A stretch of 64,000 nt of DNA from Eledone cirrhosa. Lineage: Eukaryota. Where the stretch lies: assembly GCA_964016885.1 (NCBI GenBank), contig OZ024742.1, positions 120,094,001 to 120,158,000 on the forward strand, given 5' to 3'. The first letter of the stretch is position 1, and every line of letters starts with the position of its first letter. Both the position numbers and the translations under genes were made by a program. Positions 45,437-58,765 of this stretch are shown here, piece after piece. The notes below the pieces were generated by a model. It searched no databases, was not told the origin of the DNA, and saw only the letters and a list, made by a program, of their open reading frames with translations.

Positions 45437-46576
45437 ATTTTATGTCCTAAATGCAAAGTATGGGTGCATAAAAGATGTAGTGGGATCACAGGTAAGCTAA
45501 CTAAGAACATAGATTTTTACATGTGGCCGGTGCTCTGGTGCAATAAGTAGCAGCAAGTGCCCACAAAATACTAGCTCTTTCAATTGCGCAGAGGGTTCTA
45601 TAGAAATAGTGGACAGTTTCCGTTACCTGGGTGATAAAATCAGCAGTGGGGGAGGGTGCTCTGAAAGTACAGTAGCTAGAGTCAGAACTGGTTGGAAAAA
45701 GTTCAGAGAGCTTATACCACTATTAGCTGCTAAAGGGTTCTCCCTAAAAATGAAAGGCAGGTTGTACGATGCCTGCATACGAACAGCAATGTTGCATGGC
45801 AGTGAGACCTGGGCATTGTGTGCAGAGGATATACGCAGACTAGAGAGGAATGAAGCTTGCATGCTCCGCTGGATGTGTAACAGTAATATACGTGAACGGC
45901 AAAGCATAAACGAACTAAGGAAAAAATTAGAAATAAGAGGGATCAGATGTTGTTTACTCGAGAGAAGGCTACGTTGGTATGGACACGTGATGCGCATGAA
46001 AGTCGATAGCTGTATAACAAAGTGCAGGGCAATAAAGATAGACGGTAGCCACGGAATAGGCAGACCTAGAAAAACCTGGGACGAGCTGATAAACTCCGAC
46101 CTCACACACTTACACCTCTCCAAGACAATGTCACTGGACCGAGACCTTTGGCGGTACTCAGTAACAGAGAAGACCCGCCTTACCTAAATACATAGTAAAA
46201 CCTACTACAGCCAGTAGGCATCTAACAAAATACCCCCCCCCCCCCCCGTCCCACCACCCCCAACCCATCCACGCCACCCCGTTCTATGTAAAGTTCTGTT
46301 GGTGCCACACCATCCAGGCCGAAACAAATGAGATCGTGTAGCTGTCACAACAAAAAAACACACAGTCCACGCTGTAATGTGGCCGTGTAGGCAACACGGT
46401 AAAAACCTCCCAGCCCTACACTGTAAATGTGGTTGGTGTTAGGAAGGGCATCCAACTGTAGAAAACCTGTCAGACAGTCCTATGCGAGCAAGACAATCAC
46501 TCTTGCCTCAAGTGGGACTACCCCCGTCCAAACCCATGCAAGCGTGGAACACGGACGCTAAACCTGATGATGATGA
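45437..46576 (+). mobile_element. 5'-truncated RTE LINE copy
   Basis: Starts CATTTTATGTCCTAAA; one frameshift near 45515; 3' UTR; (GAT)n tail. Confidence 0.95.
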
Positions 46577-46614
46577 TATAATTATATATATATAAAGATT
46601 ATATATATATATAT

Positions 46615-47330
46615 CATCATCATCATCATCATCATCACCGTTTTACGTCCGTTCTTCCACGCTAGCATGGGTTAGACGGGTTGTCCTCTTGTGGGCAGTA
46701 TCTGGTCGGCTGACCATGCCTTGCTCATACAGGAACTGATTTGGCTTGATTTCTACAGCTGGATGCCCTTCCTAACACCAACCTCATTTACAGTGAGTGC
46801 TGGGTGCTTTTTCATGGCGCCTACACATCCACTTTACAGTGTGGGCTGGGTGCTTTTTAGCCGTGGCACCTCCACGACCACCTTGCAGTCGGGCGTGTGG
46901 GGGCATATTGTCTATATGCTTCAGCTTGTACCCATGGGAGGTTGGGTACTCTTTATTACTGCGTGACGCCAGAGGTCACGGTCGTGTGTACTCTCCTTTG
47001 AGAGGTCTAATTGGGTAAGGTCGGCTTTTATCACCTCATCCCAGGTCATCTTGGGTCTCCCCACTCCGCGGTTTCCATTGACTTCTAGTGTCTGCACCTT
47101 TTTATGCAGCTGTCATCCTTCATACGCATCACATGTCCATACCAACGAAACCGCCTCTCCTGCACACAGCATTTGATTCCTCTTATGCTCAGTCTCTCTC
47201 TCAATTCATTAATGCTTTGTCGTTCGCGTATATTACACATCCATCAGAGCAAGCAGGCTTCGTTTCTCTCTAATCTATGTAAGTCTTCCACCTTCAGCGC
47301 CCAGGTCTCACTACCATGTAACATTGCTGT
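46615..47330 (-). mobile_element. 3' fragment of a second RTE family
   Basis: Minus strand encodes [28 protein letters not shown]; (GAT)n tail. Confidence 0.88.
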
Positions 47331-48573
47331 ATATATATATATATACATACATATATATCTTTATATATACATATATATCTTTATATATACATATATATCT
47401 TTATATATACGTATATATCTCTATATATATCTTTATATATACATATATATCTTTATATATACATATATATCTCTATATATATCTTTATATATACATATAT
47501 ATATATCTTTATATATACATATATATCTTTATATATATATATATCTTTATATATACATATATATATATATCTTTATATATATATAGATTATGATGATGAT
47601 GATGATGATGATATATATATATATATATATTCATATATATATGTACAATGAACTGACTGAAAAATTCTAAATATCGCATGAGATAACTGATAAGCAATAT
47701 CTGCCAGTAATAATTTTATCAGAAAATATTGTTAGCTATACATTAAAATATTTATGTATGATTGTCAGCTTTTTATAATTCATACACAAGTAGTTTACTT
47801 CCTGATACAAAGAATTTACTTATTCTCTTTTTAATTTATACAAAAAACCACAGCACGAATAAATAATGCCTAACCTATATGTCAATAAGACATGTATGGT
47901 AATGTGAATGAACAAAAAAAAAAAATACAATATAACACACTATTATATATATATATAGACACACACAGATATATATATAGACTCACAGACATATGTAAAT
48001 ATTTGAAGCGTGCATGTATGTGCGTGTGTGTGTCTGCGCGGACGTGTGTATATATATATGTATATAAACACACGCACATACTACTTAATATATATATATA
48101 TAATATAGTCAAAGAGCGATAATTCTTTCTTTTTAAGAATAAAAAAAATAAAGTCTTTTACTACAAATCTCACAATGCTTCGTACTAACTCCACTACTAC
48201 ATATATAATATATATATATATATATAAAACACCTATTTGTGAACAAGCACAATCTTTAGCAGATGTGTTTTTCAAAAGATGATTTCAGACTTAATTTTTT
48301 CTTAATGTTAAATGATTTCATGGTGAATATTTGGAATTGTAGGAGAAAGGTAGTAATTTAGATATATTTACTTCACTTATTTCTGAGGTACAAAGTTAAC
48401 TTTAGTATAGAGGTTTTGGTTTTTTTTATTCTTAGCCATAATCTTTCGAGCCCATTTTTATCAAAGGGCCCTACCCAAAATGTCATCACACACCTTTCTT
48501 CATGGAACATGAACTGAGCTATAATATTTTTCTTCTTTTGTGAGGGAAAAAAAAAAAGGCAAAGTTAGCCTGC

Positions 48574-48908
48574 TTAACCCTTTAGCATTTTTCCATTCTG
48601 AGTTCAAATCCCGTCGAGGTTAACTTTGCCTTTCATCCTTACGGGGTTGATAAAATAAAGTACCAGTAATACACTGGGTAATTGCTGGCCTTGTGCCAAA
48701 AGTAGAAACAATTATTCTATATTTGCTATTATATTTTCACGGTAATGACTTCACTTCACATAATTATCTCACATAATATTGAATTTATGAGATTTTGATA
48801 TTATTTATTTTGAGAACAACACCTTAACATCAGTATGAGCAGCTGGTTTGAACAGAAAGATGTGAGAGATTTCTGGCCAGATCCGGCTGGTTTAAATGCT
48901 TAAGGGTA
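48574..48908 (+). mobile_element. piggyBac-like MITE with a nested SINE (~48590-48715)
   Basis: TTAA-CCCTTTAGCATTT ... AAATGCTTAAGGG ends; internal sequence shared with 57660-57952. Confidence 0.6.
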
Positions 48909-50459
48909 TGGTATAGTTGGGTATTGTAAAGTATTTAGTTTACACTGCTACTTTGTGTTTGGGTAGCAGGTTTAATCCATTGACTCGTTTCATACCACCA
49001 CACGGACTTTAGCAACCTTTAACAGTCACTTTATTGCAAGCATTTAGACGATAACTAAATATATCTGTGTTGTGTTCTCATACAATAACCCTTGAGTTGT
49101 GATTCTTCCCCCCTTTTCTCCACTCCAATCCCTAAATCCTGCAATGGTCACAAACATTGATCTTACACTTAAAATTTCCTTCTATTGTTTTGATTAACAT
49201 CAACAGACTAAAATACTGAAGACTATTCAATTTCACATAGAAGGTTTGGGTTAACCTGAGGTAGATGATAGCAAAGTGTAGTAGGATCAAACCCACAACC
49301 AATACCATTCTTGAGCATATACCCTGTTTGAACAAAAAACAGATGATATGGTCACAGCTAAAATGCTATTGATCATATGTCTGCTAAATTAGGGCTGATC
49401 TATAGCTAAGCCAAATAAAATCAACCCAGTATATGTTCAAATGCAGTTGGTGATAGAAAGGGCAACTAGACTATAAAACCAAGCAAAGAAAAAAAAGGTA
49501 TATACAAAAAGAATGAATTCTTTTTTTCCTGCTAAAAGACCATGACATGTTGAAAGACACTGAGAAATGTCCAATGTATGAAGGTTTGATTGTTTGTTTA
49601 ACAAGCTTACTTTACAATAAATAATGGGATTTGGGGTATGACCTCACTATGCAGCCCTTTGGGCAAGCATCTCTTTATCATAACTTCGGATCAACCAATA
49701 CCTTGTGAGTTAGCAATAGGAGAATGTAAAAGCATGATAGGCAGATAATTGTGAATGTTAAGTTTCCCCCAAGGAAACATGTACCATATAACATAAATGA
49801 GTGACTAGAGGCAACAGCTACACAGCTACACAGACCCAGACACACAAAACAATCTGAAGAAGGGAAGTAAAGAACTAAAGATCTCTCTGCCAAGCATAGG
49901 TTAAAGAAAGGTATAAACTGATGTATATGTCAAGAACGATGAGATATAGACATTTACTATAGAAGGCAATTGGGAGTTTCTACAAGACAATCTGCTGAAA
50001 AACACAGACCCGATTTGGTCACACTTGGCCGGAAGTGACGTCACCGAGCCTTTGTGCATGTATTCACCACAAAAGGTTGAAGCCAGTCAGAAGGTAGTGG
50101 AATGGCATGGGAAAGAGAGCACTATAAAAGACAGGTCTGGAAGAATAAATAAATAAAGGGGCAGCTGCATCTACAGGTTATCTACAACAAGACAGACAAC
50201 AGATATACTTAACAGGAGGAGAGGTGGAAAGTAAGTTCGCCAATATTTAGCTATGTGATGTAACACATTGCAAAGCTATGTATCAATATGAATCAGTGTG
50301 TACATAATTGTTTCTACGTTAGGCCAGCAATTTCTACGTTAGGCCAGCAATTACCCAGTGCAATACTGGTACTTTATTTTGTGTACATAATGATAGAGGG
50401 ATACCTGCCCTAACTGAATACTAAGAGTTGCTGGATGAGGAGAATGCATGGGAGAAAGA

Positions 50460-51660
50460 GGGACAACAACAAGTAGACAATAGAAGGATAAGCTATTAAA
50501 GATACAAAGGATGAGAAAGCATCCAGGACATTAGGGATAATTGCTGAATTGCTGGAAGGCAGTCATTCCCAATGACTGTCATAATAGTATTATCCTCAAC
50601 AGCTACAAATCAAAGGAGATGCTCTAGAACAAAAAAAAAAGCAACTATGGAGGCATTAAACTGATGAAGTAAGCAAAAAAAAAAAAAATAGCAGAAAAAA
50701 GTAGGCTACAAAGTAAGTAATAATAAAATTAGATGTATTTCAGGTTTGCTCAGGACAGGGTAACACTTATGACAATGATGAAATTAGCATTATCTTAGTC
50801 CTCTAGGTAATAACAGGAAAGTTTAAATGGCTGTATATAGGAACTCAATTATGCTGAATCTATAGTAGACTTATAAAGTAATTCCAAACATAGGATTAAA
50901 ACCTAAAATCAAGAGGTCTGAAAGTAAACCTAGCAATGACTACAGTTTTAGAAATTATGAGAGTAGACCAGATTTTGCTAGTCAGAGAAATGAACAGGCT
51001 TGATATGCAGGAACAAATGAGATTATAGGCAGGCTAACAGAGAAGGTAGACTTTGTATGTGGCAGATAAACAGGAGCAGTTAACACTGAGAGCACATGTG
51101 AAATACTTGCAAGGCTATATAAACATATCAGTTTCTGTTACTGAATTAGCAGTGGAAGTAAGCACTCTGAAAATATAGTAGCCAGTGGAAGAATGGGATG
51201 GAAAAATGTTCAGGGAGCTATTATTTCTACCGACAAGATTCTCTTTCCATGTGAAGGATAGATTGTATGATCCTTGTGTACAAATTTTATTGTTGCATGG
51301 TAGTGAGATTTGGGCCTTAAATGCACAGGATTTGTGAAGACTGGAAAGAAATGAAGCAAGCATGCTCCACAACAAAACTCAAATGAGCTGGGGTAAAAAA
51401 AATTGGATAAAAGAAACTAAGATATAGTGTGCAAGAGAGAAGACTCAACTGATATCAACATGTGATGACAGCTGTTTAAAAAAAGTGCATGAGCATCTAG
51501 AGTGAATAGAATCTTTTGAAGAAGGAGACTAAAGAAAACAATGAAGTGGTGAAGACTGATTTTAGGATACTGAGACTCATAAAGGTGATGCGTGGCAACA
51601 CATAGTGCTTGATAAGAACTGTCCACCCAGGATTGCAAAACCAATATCGTGATAGTGATA
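50460..51660 (+). mobile_element. Old, heavily decayed RTE LINE
   Basis: Remnants of GWKMFREL, RLYDPCV, LHGSEIWAL and LERNEASML; no intact frame. Confidence 0.75.
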
Positions 51661-51832
51661 TGGTGGCTAGGAGGGTTAATATATTTACATTTAAGTCTCT
51701 TCCCCAATATATCCCTGTTAAGTCTCCATCTAGAGCTGCACCCCCACCTCTTTGATATATATTCCAGCCTCTTCACAATTCATTGTACCAGACTGTCTGA
51801 GTGATGACATGGTAAAGGATCGGTCTGACCAA

Positions 51833-52432
51833 CCCAATCTTTCTGACACACATCCATTCTTTAATTTACTACACCAGGACACTACACATGACGATATATC
51901 TGACTAGTCATCCCAATCTTTTTGACACACACCCATTCTTTAATTCACTACACCAGGACACTACACATGACGATATATCTGACTAGTCATCCCAATCTTT
52001 CTGACACACATCCATTCTTTAATTCACTACACCAGGACACTACACATGACGATATATCTGACTAGTCATCCCAATCTTTTTGACACACACCCATTCTTTA
52101 ATTCACTACACCAGGACACTACACATGACGATATATCTGACTAGTCATCCCAATCTTTTTGACACACATCCATTCTTTAATTCACTACACCAGGACACTA
52201 CACATGACGATATATCTGACTAGTCATCCCAATCTTTTTGACACACACCCATTCTTTAATTCACTACACCAGGACACTACACATGACGATATATCTGACT
52301 AGTCATCCCAATCTTTCTGACACACATCCATTCTTTAATTCACTACACCAGGACACTACACATGACGATATATCTGACTAGTCATCCCAATCTTTTTGAC
52401 ACACACCCATTCTTTAATTCACTACACCAGGA
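51833..52432. repeat. 79-bp minisatellite, about 7.6 copies
   Basis: CCCAATC units start at 51833, 51912, 51991, 52070, 52149, 52228, 52307 and 52386. Confidence 0.95.
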
Positions 52433-52837
52433 TATTCTAGACACAATAGCCACATGACATTTGTCTGTATTCAATGTTGCTCTGCCATAAACCTTTGATC
52501 TATCAGCAAGATGCTTATGTAGGAAGGATTGCATCAAATATGTTTGTCCCCTACCATCACTCATTCAATACTGTCAGCTCCCACTACATCCCCTCAGGCC
52601 ACTTCATACGAATATCTATTACTTTCTTTTACCACCACCCATCACTATTACTATCCATTACCTTACCTCTGACCAACAAACATGTAACTGTCATCAGTTG
52701 TCACTGTTATTACTTCCTCTCTCCCATTATTTCCCTTACCCTCTCTTACCCCAATCACTGTTCCCCCTATCATACTCTCACTCCCTGATGTAAAAGTATG
52801 ATTATACATGCATGCACAAACACACGTGTGTGTGTGC

Positions 52838-52890
<53 letters not shown>

Positions 52891-53189
52891 TATATACACA
52901 CATATATACACACACATACACACAGCACAATGTGTACTCTGTTACCGAAACAAGTGATGGTCAAGTGATCTGTCATGTCACAGAATGTGTGACAACCTAT
53001 CTAACCCACGCAAACGTGAAAAATTGAAGTAAAACAGTAATTATGATGATACGTATAAAAACTTTGCTTTCTAATGTACTCAATTCATGGTGTAGAGTAT
53101 AGCGAAAATTATTTAACTGAAGTCTTCTGCCATTACTTTAACTACCATAAATGCTTGATCTATCACATACACACAGACACACACTACAA

Positions 53190-53370
53190 TGATGGTTTCT
53201 CATTTTGGCACAAAGCCAGCAATTACCCAGTACATTACTGGTACTTTATTTTATCGACCCTGTAAGTATGAAAGGCAAAGTTAACCTCGGTGGGATTTGA
53301 ACTCAGACCGTAAAGAGACGTAACTATACTGGAAAGCATGGCATCCGACTCTCTACCGATACTGCCAATG
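53190..53370 (-). mobile_element. Nin/Deu-core tRNA SINE
   Basis: Reverse complement of 53583-53775. Confidence 0.88.
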
Positions 53371-53582
53371 TGATACAATTAGCATTTTTATGTTTTTTGT
53401 TGCATGGGGTCTTGCTTTGTTCTCATATGGTCCATGCTAGTAATTTTCTTAAAAGTTCAAGTAAATTTGTTTGTTCAAAGGCTTAACTACAAATAGGCTA
53501 TAATTTTCAAATTATTTTGAAAATAATCAAGAATTTGGAGAGATTTAGTAATATTGGTAACCCTTCTCATTATTTAACCAAA

Positions 53583-53775
53583 GGGCGGTGGATTGGCAGT
53601 ATCGGTAGAGGGTCGGACGCCATGCTTTGATGCATAGAGTTACGGCCCTTGCCATTCTGAGTTCAAATCCCGCCGAGGTTAAATTTGCTTTTCATCCTTA
53701 CGGGGTCGATAAAATAAAGTACCAGTAATGTACTGGGTATTTGCTGGCCTTGTGCCAAAAGTAGAAACAATTATT
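53583..53775 (+). mobile_element. Nin/Deu-core tRNA SINE, full length
   Basis: GGCGGTGGATTGGCAGTATCGG head, GAGTTCAAATCCC B box, TTTCATCCTTACGGGGTCGATAAAAT core. Confidence 0.9.
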
Positions 53776-54584
53776 TAACCAAATTTTTTAGCATAACTTC
53801 ACACTAGTGCTTACATATCATGATGGAAGGTTTTTATATAAATATAAACACTGTAAAACCAACAGTTTTATATCATAGATCCAGGGGCAGTGTCAGGCAG
53901 GTTAGTATCAAAAGGTTTAAGACAGACAGTTTTCATATTTCAACATTGAGGATCCATTTTAACATTTTACTCTGTGTCTTTAATTTTTTCATATATAACA
54001 AGGCTGTGTATTTTCTTGTTTTCTTTAGCCCAGGATATAGCAGGTAGAACAAATCCATGATTAAAGACAATCTGTTTCTTTTTTTCAGACATCTACATTA
54101 TCCAGTGTGTCCTTCTGTGTTTTGAGGTAACAGGATGAAAATGTAAATACTTCTATTTCTTGCAGGTTGAGTGACCATGTAGATGCTCCTTTCTTGCATG
54201 GGGTTCATGTATGTTGAGATCTATGATTAGCCATTTTAAAACTTATTTAGATAGAGACTCCTCCTTTGTTTACATATTGGAGGCTTTTTTAGAAACTAAA
54301 ATAACCTATGATTTCTACACTATTAACATTATCTTTCATGTCTCCATATTTTATGCTACACTGTCAATGGTCAATCAAGTGCCATACTTCCTTCATTAAT
54401 TCTATGCATAAATACTTGGGCTGAGTTAAAACTCAATTTTACTCTCACAAAAAATACTCTAGAAAATTATATTTTCTAGAGTATCTTTTGAGAATCACAC
54501 ACAAACACCCATCACATACAAAAAATACAGAAAAGTAATTAACCGTTTTCATAATACACAAAAACTATTTCTATAGATATGAGT

Positions 54585-54775
54585 AATAATTGTTTCTAAT
54601 TTTGGCACAAGGCCAGCAATTATCCCAGTGTATTACTGGTACTTTATTTTATCAACCCCATAAGGATGAAAGGCAAAGTTAACCTCGGCGGGATTAGAAC
54701 TCAGTCCGTAAAGGGACGTAACTGTGCTGCAAAGCATGTTGTCCGACGCTCTACCGATACTGCCAATCCACCATG
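54585..54775 (-). mobile_element. Nin/Deu-core tRNA SINE
   Basis: Same family, full length. Confidence 0.88.
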
Positions 54776-55204
54776 GTTTCAACATTGAACTTAACCAAAA
54801 TCTAAAGAAAATACTTCAACTGTTAAAAAAAAACAAACATTTGCAAGACAGTTAATTATGATACAATATTCTCTAGAGACAGAAATCAGCAAATAAAAGA
54901 TCCTTCAGCTTGCTCTAGTTCTCAGCATATATCCAGATATAAGAGACATTATACAGAAGTCAATTGGGGGTATTACATTAATCCCAATGCCAGTGGCATA
55001 TGACAATTATCATACACTGGCATTGGAAATTAAGGAAGTCAATTATAGCAATGGCAACTAAATTGTGTGTTGAAACCTATTCTGAGTATTCAGTTATTCT
55101 GAGTTATCATTAAATAGACTTCATTGCTATTCCTGAATTCATTGCTAATTGATGGAAACCTGCCATCAGAATTTAAAGTTCTAGGTTTGAACCCAGCCAT
55201 AGTT

Positions 55205-55827
55205 TGTGTATGTGTATGTACTTCTGTATGTGTGTGTGTGTGTGAGTGAGAGAGAGAGGGTGAGAGAGAGAGGGGTGAGTGAGAGAGAGAGAGAGGGGTG
55301 AGTGAGAGAGAGGGGTGAGTGAGAGAGAGGGGTGAGAGAGAGAGGGGTGAGAGAGAGAGAGGGGTGAGAGAGAGAGGGTGAGAGAGAGAGGGGTGAGTGA
55401 GAGAGAGAGAGAGAGGGGTGAGTGAGAGAGAGAGAGGGGTGAGTGAGAGAGAGAGAGGGGTGAGTGAGAGAGAGAGAGGGGTGAGTGAAAGAGAGAGAGA
55501 GGGGTGAGTGAGAGAGAGAGGGGTGAGTGAGAGAGAGAGAGGGGCGTGAGTGAGAGAAAGAGAGAGAGTGTGTGTACTTTGTGTATGCGAGAGAGTAAGA
55601 GAGAGAGATAGTGTGTGTGTGTGAGAGAGAGAGAGAGTGAGTGAGTGAGAGAGAGAGTGAGAGAGAGAGTGAGAGAGTGTGTGTGTACTTTGTGTGTGCG
55701 AGAGAGTGAGAGAGGGTGTGTACTTTGTGTGAGAGAGAGAGTGAGGGAGAGAGGGTAAGAGAGAGAGAGAGAGAGGGTAAGAGAGAGAGAGTGTGTGTGT
55801 GTGTGTGTGAGTGTGAGTGTGAGTGTG

Positions 55828-55876
<49 letters not shown>

Positions 55877-55878
55877 AT
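55205..55878. repeat. Compound (GA)n/(GT)n microsatellite
   Basis: Direct inspection. Confidence 0.95.
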
Positions 55879-56788
55879 ACATTTGCTGAAAACATCAAAG
55901 ATAAATTAAGTAGTCTAGATATTTAAAGTATTTGTTTACTTTAAGAAAACTAAGTTAACCTAGAAAAAAATCTAGCGAAACAAAATGTGTTTCCTCAGTA
56001 CTAAGATTTAGATGAAAATTGAAATATAAAAACAGTAGAAATAATATTTCCCTTGTTCTAAAACATTATTCTATCATAAAAAAAACATTCACTTCACTCA
56101 TAACCAGAAACATTACACTTCTTTAATGGAACCATAAATTATACAGATTCACCGAAATTAAATTGAAACATTTTAAAAAATACTAACATTACTTTATAGC
56201 CAGACTATAAATATTAAATGGTTTTTCTTTTTTTCATATTCTTTCTATTTTTAAGCAATCTAGTTCAGAAAGAGGTGTACAGTAGATTCAGTACTGAAAA
56301 GTATATAACTGATATTTTAATGACTTTGGATGGGTGAAACATATTACCTAAACCTATAAATATTTAAAAGCCTTATAGTGAATGTTAGTCATAAATTGCA
56401 AGTGTAAATTGTGAGCCATTAATTAATAAGGAGAATGGTCCTCACTGCTATATTTCAAATGCAGTAAATGAATGAGGTGTAAGTTGTTTGTTTACATAGC
56501 TGCATCTCAATAAAAAAAAAAAGAAGTGAAACTGAATAAAGTGAACTCTATCTGAACTTGCTTTACATGCTGTCAATACCTTTATCAACACGGCTATGCA
56601 GATATTAAGTGATTCAGGACATAAATATTCTCTCCAATTATTCAAGTAAACAAATAAAGAGAAACTTAGTCAAATCTTTTCAAAGAAGTTAAATTTCATA
56701 TAAATTCAACTAATTTGAAAATCAAGGTTTTTTTTTTTTTTAAAGGAAAATAAAGAGATTTTTTTAAAACTTTCAAACTTTTGCTTAC

Positions 56789-57023
56789 CATTTGGTATTT
56801 TATTGAAGAGTCCACCAAATTTTTTAGGTGCTCCTTCTCCTCCTCCACCACCACCACCACCACCAGGATCTTGATCACTCCTACGCATGCCATCGCCACC
56901 ACATGGTCGACTACTGCCGGCGCAGTCAGTATAGTACATAATGAGAAAGACATCTAAGAGGAACCATACCATCGAAGTGGCCAAGATTATTTTACAGTAC
57001 TGTAGACTCAGACGACTGACCAT
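56789..57023 (-). CDS. GALNT1: First coding exon of a polypeptide N-acetylgalactosaminyltransferase (GALNT1/GALNT13-like): cytoplasmic tail, type II TM helix, Gly-rich stem
   Basis: MVSRLSLQYCKIILATSMVWFLLDVFLIMYYTDC resembles the GALNT1/13 N-terminus ([26 protein letters not shown]); donor ATG|GTAAGC in phase 1; orthology to GALNT1 versus GALNT13 not resolved. Confidence 0.88.
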
Positions 57024-57244
57024 AGCTATAGTTGTCACAACAATCAAAAGACTAAACACTAGTTTTAACTAATATGGGAGTATCCAAAGTAATTCTGGGA
57101 GTCCCTGTTGCTATCACAGACAGTAACAAATGAAAGGGTAAAAACTCAAGTCCAATTGGATCTGTAACCACACATGGTTTCCTTGAATTGTTTACAAAAC
57201 TTGCACATATCTCACAACTTGGCCCAAATAACGACGTAGGTTAT
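57024..57244 (-). other. 5' UTR part of the same exon
   Basis: Acceptor tttttatttttattttgcAG| with AG at 57246-57245; implies an upstream non-coding exon. Confidence 0.65.
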
Positions 57245-57659
57245 CTGCAAAATAAAAATAAAAACACCAAATAAATATATTGTTAATGTAAGTTAAAAAT
57301 AGCATCAGAAAAATTATCCAGAATAAATACAATAATAATCAAACACATATCTTGTTAGATTGTAGAAGCTAGTTTTAATTGAAATGACAGTAAATGGGAA
57401 TAGACAAATTAAATTCAATTAAAAATATTTCATGTCATGATCAACAGTCTATTTAAAACAAAAATAGAAGCAATTGTCATTCTTTTTTTATTTTTTTTTG
57501 CTTCTCTACAGGTATAACTGCAGAAAAGAGTATTTGCCCAACTGATGTTTCCATTGGCAAAAGAAGACAAAAGCTGTTTGCTTGAAATGTAAGGCTTCAC
57601 ACCATAAATTCTTGATTATTAAAATACGTTATTTCCTTGTTTTTGCTGTTGCCGCCATC

Positions 57660-57952
57660 TTAACCATTTAGCATCTACATTACTCTACTATATTTACTAT
57701 TATATTTTCATCGTAAACACTTTATTTCACATAATTACCTCATATAATATCGAATCTACAAGATTTTGATATTTATTTTGAGAACAATACCTTAACATAA
57801 GTATGTTCAACTGTGGTGGAACCACATCTAGTTAAGCTTTGTAGCTGACACTCTTGTGGACACGATATGAAGAAGTATGAGCAGCCAGTTACGGCCGGTT
57901 TGAAGAGAAAGAGGTGAGAGAATTCTGGATGGATTAAATGCTAGAGGCTTAA
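57660..57952 (+). mobile_element. piggyBac-like MITE, second copy
   Basis: TTAACCATTTAGCAT ... ATGCTAGAGGCTTAA; homologous to 48574-48908. Confidence 0.6.
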
Positions 57953-58389
57953 TAACTTCTGTTCTTCTGAAACTGTTGTATCTTTATATGAACTCTTTCA
58001 ATACAGCTGCTTTTCTTCCTCCCTGTCTTTCTCTGTATTATTACATCTTACACCAAACACTTTACCATATCTTAAAAAAATGGAACCTTCTTTCTACCCA
58101 CCACTTACTTCTAATAGCTCCAATTATTTTTCAACATAGAGAAGAATGGCAGCACCTTTTTTTTTTTTTTTACCTTTTAGGGTTTTTGAGACTGGTGAGA
58201 AGAAGGGAGGAAGTTATCTTTAAATTAGAGACCTGCCCTGAATATTTGCAGCAGGGTGAAATCTATTAAAAATATCCAAGAACTAAGTGGCAGTGTTAAA
58301 TTGGGTGACAGATTAAGTCTATCATCCAAGTAGCTCAGTGCTAGAACAAATACGGAATGACATCTCATCTAACAGTAATTATTTAACTA

Positions 58390-58765
58390 GTAGTAGTTTA
58401 TTATTGGCCCTAAAAATGTGAAAGGCTAAGTCAACCTTGGTAGGATTTGAACTCAAAGTAGAGAGAGCCAGAACAAATGGCACAAAGTATTTTTGTCCTA
58501 TGCTTTAATGACTCTGCAACTTCTCTATCTTTCTATCAATATAATATCGAATAAGGGCAGTGGATTGGCAGTATCAGTAGAGCGTTAGACACCATGCTTT
58601 GCAGCATAGAGTTATGGCCCTCTACGTTCTGAGTTCAAATCCTGCTGAGGTTAGCTTTGCCTTTCATTCTTATGGGGTCGATATAATAAAGTACGAACAA
58701 TGCACTGGGTTGATTTAATCGACATTCCCCTCCTCCATGGTCTTGTGCCTAAATCAGAAACCATT
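58390..58765. mobile_element. Head-to-head pair of Nin/Deu-core SINEs (~58390-58520 minus, 58555-58765 plus)
   Basis: B box and core motifs in opposite orientations. Confidence 0.8.

Noticed and set aside
51833-52432. CRISPR-like regular arrays (also 13521-13940)
   Set aside because: Units are contiguous with no unique spacers; eukaryotic context and no cas genes
52977-52993. GTCACAGAATGTGTGAC, identical to stem II of the 15533 hammerhead
   Set aside because: No core nucleotides around it; lies in a decayed RTE/SINE tail, so treated as chance or a remnant
53815-53850. 36-nt candidate microexon (ttttacAG|...|GTAAGC)
   Set aside because: Contains TAA in the required phase-1 frame
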